This document shows, piece after piece, positions 55,101 to 64,000 of a stretch of 64,000 bases of DNA. Source of the DNA: an uncultured Bacteroidales bacterium. Lineage in GTDB: Bacteria; Bacteroidota; Bacteroidia; Bacteroidales; JAAAOM01. A program made the translations under genes and the position numbers. Position 1 is the stretch's first letter, and the number at the start of each line of letters is the position of its first letter. The notes under the pieces were generated by a model, which saw only the letters and a program-made list of their open reading frames with translations, was not told the DNA's origin and made no database searches. The DNA lies in assembly GCA_964652315.1 (NCBI GenBank), contig CAZZBU010000001.1, positions 15,221 through 79,220 on the forward strand, given 5' to 3'.

Positions 55101-56270
55101 CTAAATGTTATCGTATTCAAGACTCTCTTTGTAAAAGGGGTGATTTACCGGAATCAGGCTGGCTTTGGTGAGTGAAGTAAACACAATAAAAAGGAACAGT
55201 CCGGTATATCCAATGGTTAGTCCCACCTCAAGCAAGCCAATGCCTGCTTCTTCATGCCCAACAGCACCAGGCATAATGGCCAGGTAAATGTCAATCCAGT
55301 GTCCTACAAATACAATCAGTGCAGCGATTACCATGATGCCTTTGTGTCTTTTGGAACCCCTGGTCATTAACACAATAAAGGGGATAAAAAAGTTTATACC
55401 CAGGTTAAGATAGAATAGCAGGCTGAAATGTTCAACCCGTTCAACAAAATAGATGGTTTCTTCGGGTATGTTGGCATACCAGATTAGCATAAACTGAGAG
55501 AACCAGAGATATGCCCAAAAAATACTGAATCCAAATAAATATTTACCAAGGTCATGCAGGTGTTCTTCATTAAGATGAGGCAGGTACCCTATTTTATTCA
55601 GGTATATTACAATTAGTATGATAACGGCTATTCCGGCAACAAAGAAACTGGAAAAAATATACCAGCCATATAAGGTGCTAAACCAGTGCGGGTCGATTGA
55701 CATGAGCCAGTCCCATGCAGAGGTAGAACTGGTAATGGCAAAAAACACCACGAAAAATGCAGCCCATGAACGGCTTTTTTTCAATATGTCAAAGGAAGGA
55801 TCCTTATCACTGGCTAGCGAAATTTGCCTCAATTTATAGGCCAGCAAGGTCCAGCCTGCCAGATATACAACGGTCCGGATAGTAAAGAACGGGATGTTCA
55901 GATAAGGTGTTTTATCCTGCAAAACAGCATCCAGCTCTTCGGTATGGGTCCAATGGTAGAGATCATGCATTCCCAGCAGGATCAAAAGCATTAACATACT
56001 GCCAAAAGGTAAATACGTACCCATGGCCTCGGGGATCCGCTGTATGCTTGTGTGCCAGCCCGACTCACCCAGGATATGTACCACCACAAAAAAAACTCCG
56101 GCAAGGGCTATGGCCAGAAAATAAAAATTGTTCAGTAAAACATTGGCCCATAATCGATGACCGTGAATGTCATGTGATACTATCCCATAAACTAATGAGA
56201 GAATACCAATTGCGATAAAAACGAATAATATGGTTTTTGTCTTTTTTGTGAAATTAAATGTCTGTTCCAT
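55101..56270 (-). CDS. actF: Alternative Complex III membrane subunit (ActF-like, NrfD-related)
   Basis: 389 aa with about 10 TM helices. Lies between the actD-like and cytochrome c genes. Confidence 0.65.
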   Translation of the reverse strand: MEQTFNFTKKTKTILFVFIAIGILSLVYGIVSHDIHGHRLWANVLLNNFYFLAIALAGVFFVVVHILGESGWHTSIQRIPEAMGTYLPFGSMLMLLILLGMHDLYHWTHTEELDAVLQDKTPYLNIPFFTIRTVVYLAGWTLLAYKLRQISLASDKDPSFDILKKSRSWAAFFVVFFAITSSTSAWDWLMSIDPHWFSTLYGWYIFSSFFVAGIAVIILIVIYLNKIGYLPHLNEEHLHDLGKYLFGFSIFWAYLWFSQFMLIWYANIPEETIYFVERVEHFSLLFYLNLGINFFIPFIVLMTRGSKRHKGIMVIAALIVFVGHWIDIYLAIMPGAVGHEEAGIGLLEVGLTIGYTGLFLFIVFTSLTKASLIPVNHPFYKESLEYDNI

Positions 56271-56286
56271 GTATTGTATTGCGTTT

Positions 56287-56805
56287 TTAATCGTGTAATG
56301 TTATGTTCAGGGCCCCTGTTTCCCCTAAAGCACTTTCATAGGTTTTTACTTCATCCTCTTTTGCTTCCAGCAGGATCAAAAACCGGTCGTCGGTAACGCG
56401 TTCGTCGTATATTTTATTTTTAGCCCCAATACCCAGTTGCGAACGCATCAGAAAGGCAAACACCATGGAGAAGGCGGCAAACAGTACCGTAAGCTCAAAT
56501 GCCACGGGGATAAATGTTGGAATAGAAAGGTAAGGCTTACCACCAAAGGTAATGGGGTAATCTACTGTAAATATCCATATTTGAAAAGCCATGGCCAAAA
56601 TCAAACCGAGAACACCTCCCCAGAATGCCACTTTAGGTAGATGAGAGCGACGGTATTTAAGGGTTTTTTCCAGTCCATGTACCGGAAAGGGGGTAAACAC
56701 ATCTTTAATGTTTACTGATTTTTCCTGAAGCGATTTAATGGCTATCTTCAAATCAGTTTCATCCTCGAAATATCCGCTGATATGTTTTTTATTTTCTGCA
56801 ACCAT
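56287..56805 (-). CDS. actD: Alternative Complex III subunit ActD (DUF3341 family)
   Basis: 172 aa with a soluble N-domain and two TM helices. Start abuts the actC stop. Confidence 0.7.
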   Translation of the reverse strand: MVAENKKHISGYFEDETDLKIAIKSLQEKSVNIKDVFTPFPVHGLEKTLKYRRSHLPKVAFWGGVLGLILAMAFQIWIFTVDYPITFGGKPYLSIPTFIPVAFELTVLFAAFSMVFAFLMRSQLGIGAKNKIYDERVTDDRFLILLEAKEDEVKTYESALGETGALNITLHD

Positions 56806-56806
56806 G

Positions 56807-58177
56807 TTAACCGTTTTGTTTTTTTATAAATTTTTCGCCAGATGATTTTATCACACTTTTTACTTCTGCAATGGCAATCACAGGGAAGAACCGGATAAAC
56901 AGAAAAAACAATGAAAAGAATAATCCAAAAGTACCAATATACAACCCTACTTCGACCCAGGTTGGGCTGTACATCGTCCAGCTGGAGGGTAGATAATCGC
57001 GATGCAGGGAGGTTACAATGATTACAAACCGCTCGAACCACATACCGATATTGACAAAAATGCTGATGATAAATGTGATGAGCGGGCTTCTCCTGATTTT
57101 TTTGAACCAAAATAACTGGGGAGTTATCACATTACAGGTCATCATAATCCAGTAAGCCCACCAGTATGGCCCAAATGCCCGGTTCATGAATGCATATTGC
57201 TCATATTCAACCCCGGAATACCAGGCCATAAAGAGCTCTGTAATATAAGCGATACCCACAATAGAACCTGTTGCTATGATGATTTTATTCATTGATTCGA
57301 TGTGGTTTATCGTAATGTAATCTTCAAGTTTCATGGATTTGCGGGCAACAATCAACAAGGTTTGCACCATGGCAAACCCTGAGAATACAGCCCCGGAAAC
57401 AAAATAGGGTGGGAAAATGGTGGTATGCCAACCGGGTATCACCGAGGTGGCAAAGTCGAAACTTACGATGGTGTGTACCGAAAGCACAAGCGGAGCAGCC
57501 AATCCTGCCAGAATCAGGCTCATGGATTCATGCCGTTGCCAGTGTCTGGCCGAGCCTGTCCATCCAAAACTTAAAATGCCGTATATCCATTTTGATATTT
57601 TTGATTTCACCTTGTCGCGGATGGTACCGATATCCGGGATTAGCCCCATGTACCAGAACACCAATGAAACAAGAAGGTAAACGGTGATGGCAAAAACATC
57701 CCAAAGCAGGGGAGAGTTAAAGTTTACCCAAACCTGCCGGGTATTTGGATAGGGGAGGATGAAAAAACCCAACAACAACCGTCCCATGTGAATCAATGGA
57801 AACTGTCCGGCACACATCACGGCAAAAATTGTCATGGCTTCAGCAGACCGGTTAATGCTGGTGCGCCATTTTTGACGGAATAATAATAAAATGGCTGAGA
57901 TGAATGTACCGGCATGGCCGATACCAACCCACCAAACAAAGTTGGTAATACCCCAACCCCAACCGATGGTTTTATTTACACCCCAGGTTCCGATACCCCA
58001 CCAGACAGTATATACAACTGTAAATACAAACCCTAACAATGCCAGGGTTGACAGTGTCATCCCTAAATACCAGAATTTACCAGGCTTGATGGTAATGGGG
58101 CGGTAAATATCCTCAGTAATCTGATGATACGACTTTTCGCCTTTAATTAGTGGCCCTCTTGCTGGAGATACGTACAT
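56807..58177 (-). CDS. actC: Alternative Complex III quinol-interacting membrane subunit (NrfD/PsrC family)
   Basis: 456 aa with ~10 TM helices and NrfD-like composition. Lies directly after the actB-like gene. Confidence 0.8.
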   Translation of the reverse strand: MYVSPARGPLIKGEKSYHQITEDIYRPITIKPGKFWYLGMTLSTLALLGFVFTVVYTVWWGIGTWGVNKTIGWGWGITNFVWWVGIGHAGTFISAILLLFRQKWRTSINRSAEAMTIFAVMCAGQFPLIHMGRLLLGFFILPYPNTRQVWVNFNSPLLWDVFAITVYLLVSLVFWYMGLIPDIGTIRDKVKSKISKWIYGILSFGWTGSARHWQRHESMSLILAGLAAPLVLSVHTIVSFDFATSVIPGWHTTIFPPYFVSGAVFSGFAMVQTLLIVARKSMKLEDYITINHIESMNKIIIATGSIVGIAYITELFMAWYSGVEYEQYAFMNRAFGPYWWAYWIMMTCNVITPQLFWFKKIRRSPLITFIISIFVNIGMWFERFVIIVTSLHRDYLPSSWTMYSPTWVEVGLYIGTFGLFFSLFFLFIRFFPVIAIAEVKSVIKSSGEKFIKKQNG

Positions 58178-58198
58178 TTAGTATTATTTTTCAGTAGA

Positions 58199-61171
58199 TT
58201 AAACTTCTTCTGTTTTGTTTCTGATTTTTGTTAAATAGCCTACCGAAGGCAGTGTATGTATTTCTTCAAGCAGATGATAGTTCCGGGGGTTATTAAAAAG
58301 CTTCGAAACCCTGCTGTTTTCATCCTTCAGGTCACCAAAAACAATTGCATCAGCAGGGCAGGCCTGCTGGCATGCTGTTTTTATTTCTCCATCTTTTAAT
58401 GTTCTGTTTTCAAGTTTTGCATTTAGTTTATGGGCCTGTATGCGTTGTACACAGAATGAGCATTTTTCAATTACCCCTTTAGCCCTGACTGTGACATCCG
58501 GATTGAGTACCAACTGTTTTAAATCCATTGTCATTCCTGAAGGATCAAGGGTATTGCCGGGTAAGGCATCGGCATTTGTATAATCGTAAAAGTTAAATCT
58601 TCTTACCTTATACGGACAGTTATTGTTGCAATATCGTGTGCCGATACACCTGTTATATGCCATCTGGTTGATGCCTTCTGAACTGCTGTTGGTGGCAGCC
58701 ACAGGACAAACATTCTCACAGGGGGCATTATCACAATGCTGGCACATTACCGGCTGACGGAGTACCTCGGGATTTTCAGGATCGCCAGAGTAGTAACGGT
58801 CAAGCCTGATCCAATGCATTTCATGTGCACGTGCTACTTCATTTTTACCTACTACCGGCACATTGTTTTCAGCGCTACAGGAAATAAGGCAGGCACTACA
58901 TCCGGTACATGAACTCAGATCAATGGCCATGCCCCAGTGATGTCCTTTGAACTCCCTTTCAGGATACAGGCTTGTATGATGGTGCTTTATTTTTTCATGC
59001 ATTTCATTTCCTGAGGCCGGGTCCTCAAGGTATTTCTCCAGCGTGGTTTCGCGGACCAGGGCCCTGCCCTCCATAGAATGATGGGTTTGGGTTTGGGCAA
59101 GCTGAAAGTCAGAGCCGGTTTTTTCCCAGGTTATGGAGGTACTGTAGTTTTTCCGGTATCCATCCGTAACCTTGCTTAACGGATTAGCATTGACACCTAC
59201 GCCCACAGCTACTTTGCCGGCTACTTTTCTGCCATACCCAAGGGCAAGCGAGAATGTATTGTAAGCCTGTCCAGGCTGAAGGATTACAGGTGCTTCAAGA
59301 GTATCATTGATTGTTACCACATCGCCATGCTCCAGTCCGTTCTCTTCTGCAAAACGTGGTGATACCGCCAGATAATTGTCCCAGGTAACTTTTGATACCG
59401 GGTCCGGCATTTCCTGGAGCCAGGGATTGTTGGCATGCTTGCCATTGCGCAAAGCCACACTTTCGTAAAGTTCCAGTTCAATTCCTTCTTTTTGTGGACT
59501 GTCAATGGTCCTGGCAGCCATCTCAAGTGCGCCTTTAATAAATTGTGGTTGGGCTGAAACAGGGGGTGTTATCATCACAACGCCGTCATGCAATGATTGA
59601 TCCCAGAATCGCTCGAACGGTTCTGAACTACCGGTTTCAGGATAAATATTCTCTTTCCAGTACTGTTTTATAAAATCAAGGTACGGCATGGATTCACCCG
59701 ACCAGGTAAGCAAGGTATCCTGAAACTGCCGGGTTTTGAATATTTTCCGTATAGCAGGCTGTGCCAGGCTGTAGTGCCCTTTTTTTGGGTGGGCATCATT
59801 CCACGATTCCAGGTAATGATGATCAGGACAAACGTATTGCATCAACTCTGTGGTTTCATCTGTAACTCCGCTGAGTGATACTGTTAGGCCTACTTTGGAC
59901 AGACTGTTTGCAAATAACGCAGCCTGAGGGTGGTCGTAAACCGGATTAACATCATAGGTTAGTAAGGCATCGATGCTTCCGGCTTCCATATCGTTAAGCA
60001 GGGCATTCATTTTTGAATCATCGCCTGAACGGTAATGGATTGGATTTTCAAGATCAATGGTATTTCCATAATTGCCCAGAAGGGTGTTTATGCCGTTAAC
60101 CAAAACCTGGATAAACGGATCGTTAGAACCCGAAACAATCAACGAGCGGTTTCTATGCTGCAAAAGTTCATTTACAATTGGGGTAACATCCAGCTTGCAT
60201 TCGGGAATATTTACCCTGCCTTCACCCAGTTGAGAGGCCAGTTGATTGTAGATTGTTCCCAGAATTGCCCCAACTGCTGAGGGTTTAACCGGTATCCGCT
60301 GATCTGCATTGGTACCGGTTAATGACATGCCCGTTTCAATTTGTATATGCCGGGCCATGGTTTTTCTTGTGTCTGTAATTCTGCGGGCTTTACTGTATTG
60401 TTTTGTGAATTCCAGCGGTGAAAGCCAGGTTCCCAGAAAATCGGCCCCAACACTTACAATTAGCTCAGCCTTATCAAATGAATAGGCAGGGACAATCCGT
60501 TTACCAAAACATAGCTGATTGGCATCGAGCATACCGGAATATGAGCTTGAATCATAAACAATGTGCTCAGCCCCATTATACCGGGCTAAAAATGTATTGA
60601 TAACCTTATGTGTCGAAGGGCTGATGATGGTAGGAGTAAGCAGTACAATTCGTCCCTGCCGGTTTGAGATATTATTTAATTCAGAAAGAATTTCCTTATC
60701 AATGGTTTCCCAATCAGTTTCGGTTTTATTAATTGTTGGATTTTTTTGCCGGCTGTCGTCATAAAGGCTTAACACCGATGCCTGCACATTGGCTGTGGTA
60801 CTGCCTTTTGATATGGGTGAGAGATCGTTGCCTTCAATTTTTATTGGTCTGCCATCACGTACTTTAACAAGGATGCTGTTGTACTCCAGGCCATCAAAGA
60901 AAGTCGATGCATAATAGTTGGCTTTTCCCGGAATGACTTCCTCGGGCTTTACCAAATAGGGAATAGCTTTTGTGACCGGGCGCTCACAACTGGCGGCTAT
61001 GGCTGCTGTGCCGATGCTGTACCCGAAAAATTTTAAAAAGTTTCGCCTGGATGCATTCGTTTTCCGATCAAGCAAATCCATTAAGGAAATATCGTGAGGG
61101 CTCTTCTGAGGAGTTTTGTCAGCAATGGAAATTCCGTTTTTTTCTTCTAGACTTTTCCAGTATTCTTTCAT
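58199..61171 (-). CDS. actB: Alternative Complex III ActB (Tat-exported molybdopterin-oxidoreductase-like domain fused to a 4Fe-4S ferredoxin domain)
   Basis: Twin-arginine signal SRRNFLKFFGYSIGTAAIAASC. Cys clusters CTGCSACLISC, CQHCDNAPCENVCP, CIGTRYCNNNCP and CQQACP. Confidence 0.85.
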   Translation of the reverse strand: MKEYWKSLEEKNGISIADKTPQKSPHDISLMDLLDRKTNASRRNFLKFFGYSIGTAAIAASCERPVTKAIPYLVKPEEVIPGKANYYASTFFDGLEYNSILVKVRDGRPIKIEGNDLSPISKGSTTANVQASVLSLYDDSRQKNPTINKTETDWETIDKEILSELNNISNRQGRIVLLTPTIISPSTHKVINTFLARYNGAEHIVYDSSSYSGMLDANQLCFGKRIVPAYSFDKAELIVSVGADFLGTWLSPLEFTKQYSKARRITDTRKTMARHIQIETGMSLTGTNADQRIPVKPSAVGAILGTIYNQLASQLGEGRVNIPECKLDVTPIVNELLQHRNRSLIVSGSNDPFIQVLVNGINTLLGNYGNTIDLENPIHYRSGDDSKMNALLNDMEAGSIDALLTYDVNPVYDHPQAALFANSLSKVGLTVSLSGVTDETTELMQYVCPDHHYLESWNDAHPKKGHYSLAQPAIRKIFKTRQFQDTLLTWSGESMPYLDFIKQYWKENIYPETGSSEPFERFWDQSLHDGVVMITPPVSAQPQFIKGALEMAARTIDSPQKEGIELELYESVALRNGKHANNPWLQEMPDPVSKVTWDNYLAVSPRFAEENGLEHGDVVTINDTLEAPVILQPGQAYNTFSLALGYGRKVAGKVAVGVGVNANPLSKVTDGYRKNYSTSITWEKTGSDFQLAQTQTHHSMEGRALVRETTLEKYLEDPASGNEMHEKIKHHHTSLYPEREFKGHHWGMAIDLSSCTGCSACLISCSAENNVPVVGKNEVARAHEMHWIRLDRYYSGDPENPEVLRQPVMCQHCDNAPCENVCPVAATNSSSEGINQMAYNRCIGTRYCNNNCPYKVRRFNFYDYTNADALPGNTLDPSGMTMDLKQLVLNPDVTVRAKGVIEKCSFCVQRIQAHKLNAKLENRTLKDGEIKTACQQACPADAIVFGDLKDENSRVSKLFNNPRNYHLLEEIHTLPSVGYLTKIRNKTEEV

Positions 61172-61220
61172 CCGTGTATATTTTAATCTGTCAGCGTTTG
61201 CCAGTTGAAGGTTACAGTCT

Positions 61221-62357
61221 TTAATAATGACATTTCATGCATTCAGTGCCACCTATTTGTTCAACAGTAACCGAATCAATAGCTCCACTGGCAATATCCT
61301 TGTGAAATTCTTCAAAGGTTTTATAGTATTCATTATCAAGAAACTGAACGCCCTGTGTCCGATGGCAGTCAAGGCACCATCCCATGCTCATATCATTAAC
61401 CTGATGGAGCACATCCATTTCCTCTACTGTTCCGTGACATTCAGCACAATCAAGTTTACCTGCCCCCACATGTTGGGCATGACTGAAAAACACATGATCA
61501 GGCATGCGGTGAACCTGTACCCATTCCAGGGGCACTCCGCTATCATTGGCTGCTATGATTTTATTTATTTCAAATTTTCCAGAGTTGGTACCTTCGCGAA
61601 CAACAATATGGCAGTTCATACATACATTAACAGAAGGAATGCCTGCTGATTTGGAAAATTCAGCGGTATTGTGGCAATAAAGGCAGTCGGTTTGATTCAT
61701 GCCGGCATGTACCTTATGTGAAAACTTAACAGGCTGAAGGGGTGCGTAGCCCTCTGAACGCCCAAGGGCAATAGCTTCTTTTGCTACCAGCTCAACAGCA
61801 AAAAAAGTGGCGCCAATAAGAATGACCAGGTGCAGCGCCCGGAAACGGATTTTTTTTGTTATGGTAAGATCAACTACTGACAGGATGATTAACAATATCA
61901 TACCAATAAAGAAGATCAATTTATCAATGGATGGTTTTTTTTCAATTGGCCCGGTTTCTTTAAATTCTCTCAGAAATGCCTGCAGCAATACGATATCTTC
62001 GGCAGGCAGGTTAATTCCTGCATGGGCCTCCTGCATTTTATTCCCACCGGGATTAAGCAACAGATTGGCAAAAGCAGCACTGTCAATATCCCCAGATGAT
62101 TTTGCAATGGCATAAGCCGAAGGATTCCAGTTTAGGGTGTCGATATAACCGGTATTATGGCAACTGGCACAATCAACAGGGTCTTCATTATTAATCCGGA
62201 TGAGACCATAGAACAGCCGTTCAGCCCGTTTTTTTTCTTTGTAACCTAACTTTTGGTTTTTTTCAGGATGGTTTGCCGAAGCTGCAAGCAATGAATTTAA
62301 GGTGAAAAATAAGATTAGCGCTGTTGAAATGCCGGAGAACAAAAATTTTTTAGCCAT
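61221..62357 (-). CDS. actA: Alternative Complex III multiheme cytochrome c (ActA-like) with six CxxCH motifs
   Basis: CASCH, CLYCH, CMNCH, CAECH, CLDCH and CMKCH. Signal peptide plus two internal hydrophobic helices between heme 1 and hemes 2-6. Confidence 0.8.
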   Translation of the reverse strand: MAKKFLFSGISTALILFFTLNSLLAASANHPEKNQKLGYKEKKRAERLFYGLIRINNEDPVDCASCHNTGYIDTLNWNPSAYAIAKSSGDIDSAAFANLLLNPGGNKMQEAHAGINLPAEDIVLLQAFLREFKETGPIEKKPSIDKLIFFIGMILLIILSVVDLTITKKIRFRALHLVILIGATFFAVELVAKEAIALGRSEGYAPLQPVKFSHKVHAGMNQTDCLYCHNTAEFSKSAGIPSVNVCMNCHIVVREGTNSGKFEINKIIAANDSGVPLEWVQVHRMPDHVFFSHAQHVGAGKLDCAECHGTVEEMDVLHQVNDMSMGWCLDCHRTQGVQFLDNEYYKTFEEFHKDIASGAIDSVTVEQIGGTECMKCHY

Positions 62358-62451
62358 CCCAAGGTACTTAAGGTGAAATTTTTATAGTCAATAAAAATAG
62401 CATTATTTATATAATGTAAAAAATCATTGGTATCCTTTTGTAACATTTCCA

Positions 62452-62459
62452 AAGATAAC
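62452..62459 (-). promoter_or_regulatory. Candidate -7 promoter box (TATCTTTG) upstream of the act operon
   Basis: Minus-strand TATCTTTG lies ~95 nt upstream of the actA ATG. No clear -33 TTTG. Confidence 0.3.
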
Positions 62460-62591
62460 CAATAAAGAAACCTAAAAGTGATGCTATGTTTTATTTATAA
62501 TGGATTTAAAAGATAAAGGTGTAATTGCAAATCAAAGGCTCTGAAAAGAAGTTGGAAATGTTAGGATTAAAAAATGGTTTTTTGAAATTTC

Positions 62592-63413
62592 TTATCTAAA
62601 AAGATGTATAAATCCTGATTTATTTACCTCCCCATCATCAGACGATAGTACAAAATAATACACACCCGGATTCACTTCATTCCCTGAAAGGTTATTGCCA
62701 TCCCAGGTAATTAGAGGTGCTGAGAGTTTATAAACCAGGTTTCCATAACGGCTGTAAACATGGAAATTTAGCCGGGAGGTGCCATTGTATTCCACTATAA
62801 AATAATCATTTAAACCATCGCCATTTGGGGTAAATACATTGGGGATATATATTTCATCTCTTACTTCAAGGCTCTTTGAATACGAAGTGGCACATTGTGG
62901 CAAATCAACAGGTATAATGTTAAGCTCAACCTGATATAACCCCGTGTCAGGAAACTGATGCATTACCGTGCGTCCGCTTGCTGTAGTATTGTCGCTGAAA
63001 GTCCATGTGCGTTGGTAGTCGATTGCTGGCTCACCTATCTGCACCGAATTCCGAAATACGTATGTGAGCATTGATAAATCAAGGGTATCATTAAACCAGA
63101 ATACCGAATCCACAGCCAGTACTGAAATATAATTGGTTTTTGTATGTGAAATGCTATTGTTAATCCGCAGGGTTATGGAATACTGTCCTCCTTCTGAAAA
63201 GGTATAAACAGGATTTTGTTCCTGTGAATCTGTAATGCCATCGTCATTAAAATCCCATTCCCAGGTTAAAGCGCCGGAAGATAAATCCGTAAATTGTACG
63301 GTAAGAGAATCACAACCGATTAGAGTATCTGCAGTAAAATCAGCAGTTTGGCCGTGCAGGATGCTGCAGGTTATTAACAAAACATAGACGGTTGATATTG
63401 CTTTATTCATCAT
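62592..63413 (-). CDS. Secreted PKD-domain protein with a T9SS type B (gliding-motility-associated) C-terminal domain
   Basis: Signal peptide. PKD-like FTADTLIGCDSLTVQFTDLS...WEWDFNDDG...NPVYTFSEGGQYSITL. C-terminal IPNVFTPNGDGLNDYF...GVYYFVL. Confidence 0.8.
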   Translation of the reverse strand: MMNKAISTVYVLLITCSILHGQTADFTADTLIGCDSLTVQFTDLSSGALTWEWDFNDDGITDSQEQNPVYTFSEGGQYSITLRINNSISHTKTNYISVLAVDSVFWFNDTLDLSMLTYVFRNSVQIGEPAIDYQRTWTFSDNTTASGRTVMHQFPDTGLYQVELNIIPVDLPQCATSYSKSLEVRDEIYIPNVFTPNGDGLNDYFIVEYNGTSRLNFHVYSRYGNLVYKLSAPLITWDGNNLSGNEVNPGVYYFVLSSDDGEVNKSGFIHLFR

Positions 63414-63456
63414 GTAATTTGCAAATTCCCGTAAATATATTAATTGCTAGAGGTTT

Positions 63457-64000
63457 CTAGTCAATTTTTTCCGTCAATTTTTTAACAAGTTTTAAATGAT
63501 TGAAAAATTCTTTGCCAAATACCCGTAAAATAGTGTATGCAGGAATAGCCAAAATCATTCCTGTAATGCCTGCCATACTGCCAGCCATCATGATAACCAG
63601 AAAAATTTCCAGGGGGTGGGCATTTACACTGGATGAATAGATCAGCGGTTGAAATAAGGTATTGTCAATTACCTGAACACTGATAAATACAATGACCATA
63701 TACCCCATTAGCGGAAGCAGTTCAGCAACAAATGGCAGGTGCAGGTTTGTTGCTGCACCAAGCAAAGTACCTAAAATGGTACCCATCACCGGCCCAATGT
63801 AGGGAATAATATTCAGAAGTCCTGCTACAAGACCGATGACCAGCCCGTCACGAAATTCGATGCCAATGATTGTAAGTCCGGTTGTTACTAGAATAATGAT
63901 GCCTGTTATCTGAAAAGCTATGCCGAGGAAATACCTTCGCAATAACTTGTGGCTGGAATGCAATGCCCGGGAGACACCGTTTTCATATTTTGTAGGGATA
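63457..64000 (-). CDS. AI-2E family transporter (PerM/UPF0118), C-terminal part; the 5' end lies beyond the window
   Basis: Multi-TM sequence ...GLLNIIPYIGPVMGTILG...HPLEIFLVIMMAGSMAGITGMILAIP. The frame stays open to the window edge. Confidence 0.7.
   Translation of the reverse strand, partial: IPTKYENGVSRALHSSHKLLRRYFLGIAFQITGIIILVTTGLTIIGIEFRDGLVIGLVAGLLNIIPYIGPVMGTILGTLLGAATNLHLPFVAELLPLMGYMVIVFISVQVIDNTLFQPLIYSSSVNAHPLEIFLVIMMAGSMAGITGMILAIPAYTILRVFGKEFFNHLKLVKKLTEKID

Noticed and set aside
56748-57110. 120-aa minus-strand ORF overlapping the actC/actD junction.
   Set aside because: It is in an alternative frame inside actC, shows no motif, and the act genes already fill the space.
1-64000. 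Search by eye for CRISPR arrays, rRNA genes, IS elements or transposases, integrases, prophage genes and long direct or inverted DNA repeats.
   Set aside because: None were recognised. The only repeats seen are protein-level domain repeats (WD40, propeller, Ig/PKD, HEAT). A computational repeat search would be needed to exclude short or diverged DNA repeats.

Overview
This 64-kb segment looks like chromosomal DNA from a Bacteroidota organism. The evidence is type A and type B T9SS C-terminal sorting domains, TAnnTTTG-type promoter boxes, an Alternative Complex III (act) cluster, the DUF4290-murA pairing and the rsfS-ftsH-DUF2007-cdsA-psd block. I call about 50 CDS, one tRNA-His and several intrinsic terminators and promoter boxes. 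All calls rest on motif recognition in the supplied ORF translations and by-eye inspection of the DNA; no database search was possible. Most of the window is housekeeping: parE/parC, aroK, ftsH, birA, pyrE, coaD, lon, L31, folA, dnaJ/grpE, murA, uvrD, ACIII. I saw no CRISPR array, transposase, integrase or rRNA. The region that stands out is a tightly packed, same-strand six-gene cluster at about 4.68-18.36 kb. It encodes a polytopic-membrane/HEAT/cNMP-like protein, a protein built from three tandem TIR/DUF4062-like modules, and an effector-less STAND-type P-loop NTPase followed by one TM helix, a ~130-aa coiled coil and seven WD40 blades predicted to face the periplasm. An outer-membrane beta-barrel protein, a 7-repeat lipoprotein and a 1217-aa T9SS-secreted adhesin-like protein follow directly. 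I propose this as a candidate undescribed trans-envelope STAND/TIR-like signalling or conflict system. Smaller observations are a decayed response-regulator fragment at 30.49-30.65 kb, an orphan minus-strand terminator in an ORF-free 570-bp gap, a 15-nt motif shared by the tRNA-His and L31 promoters, a sigma-54 activator with no DNA-binding domain, and a small Lys/Cys-rich secreted protein.
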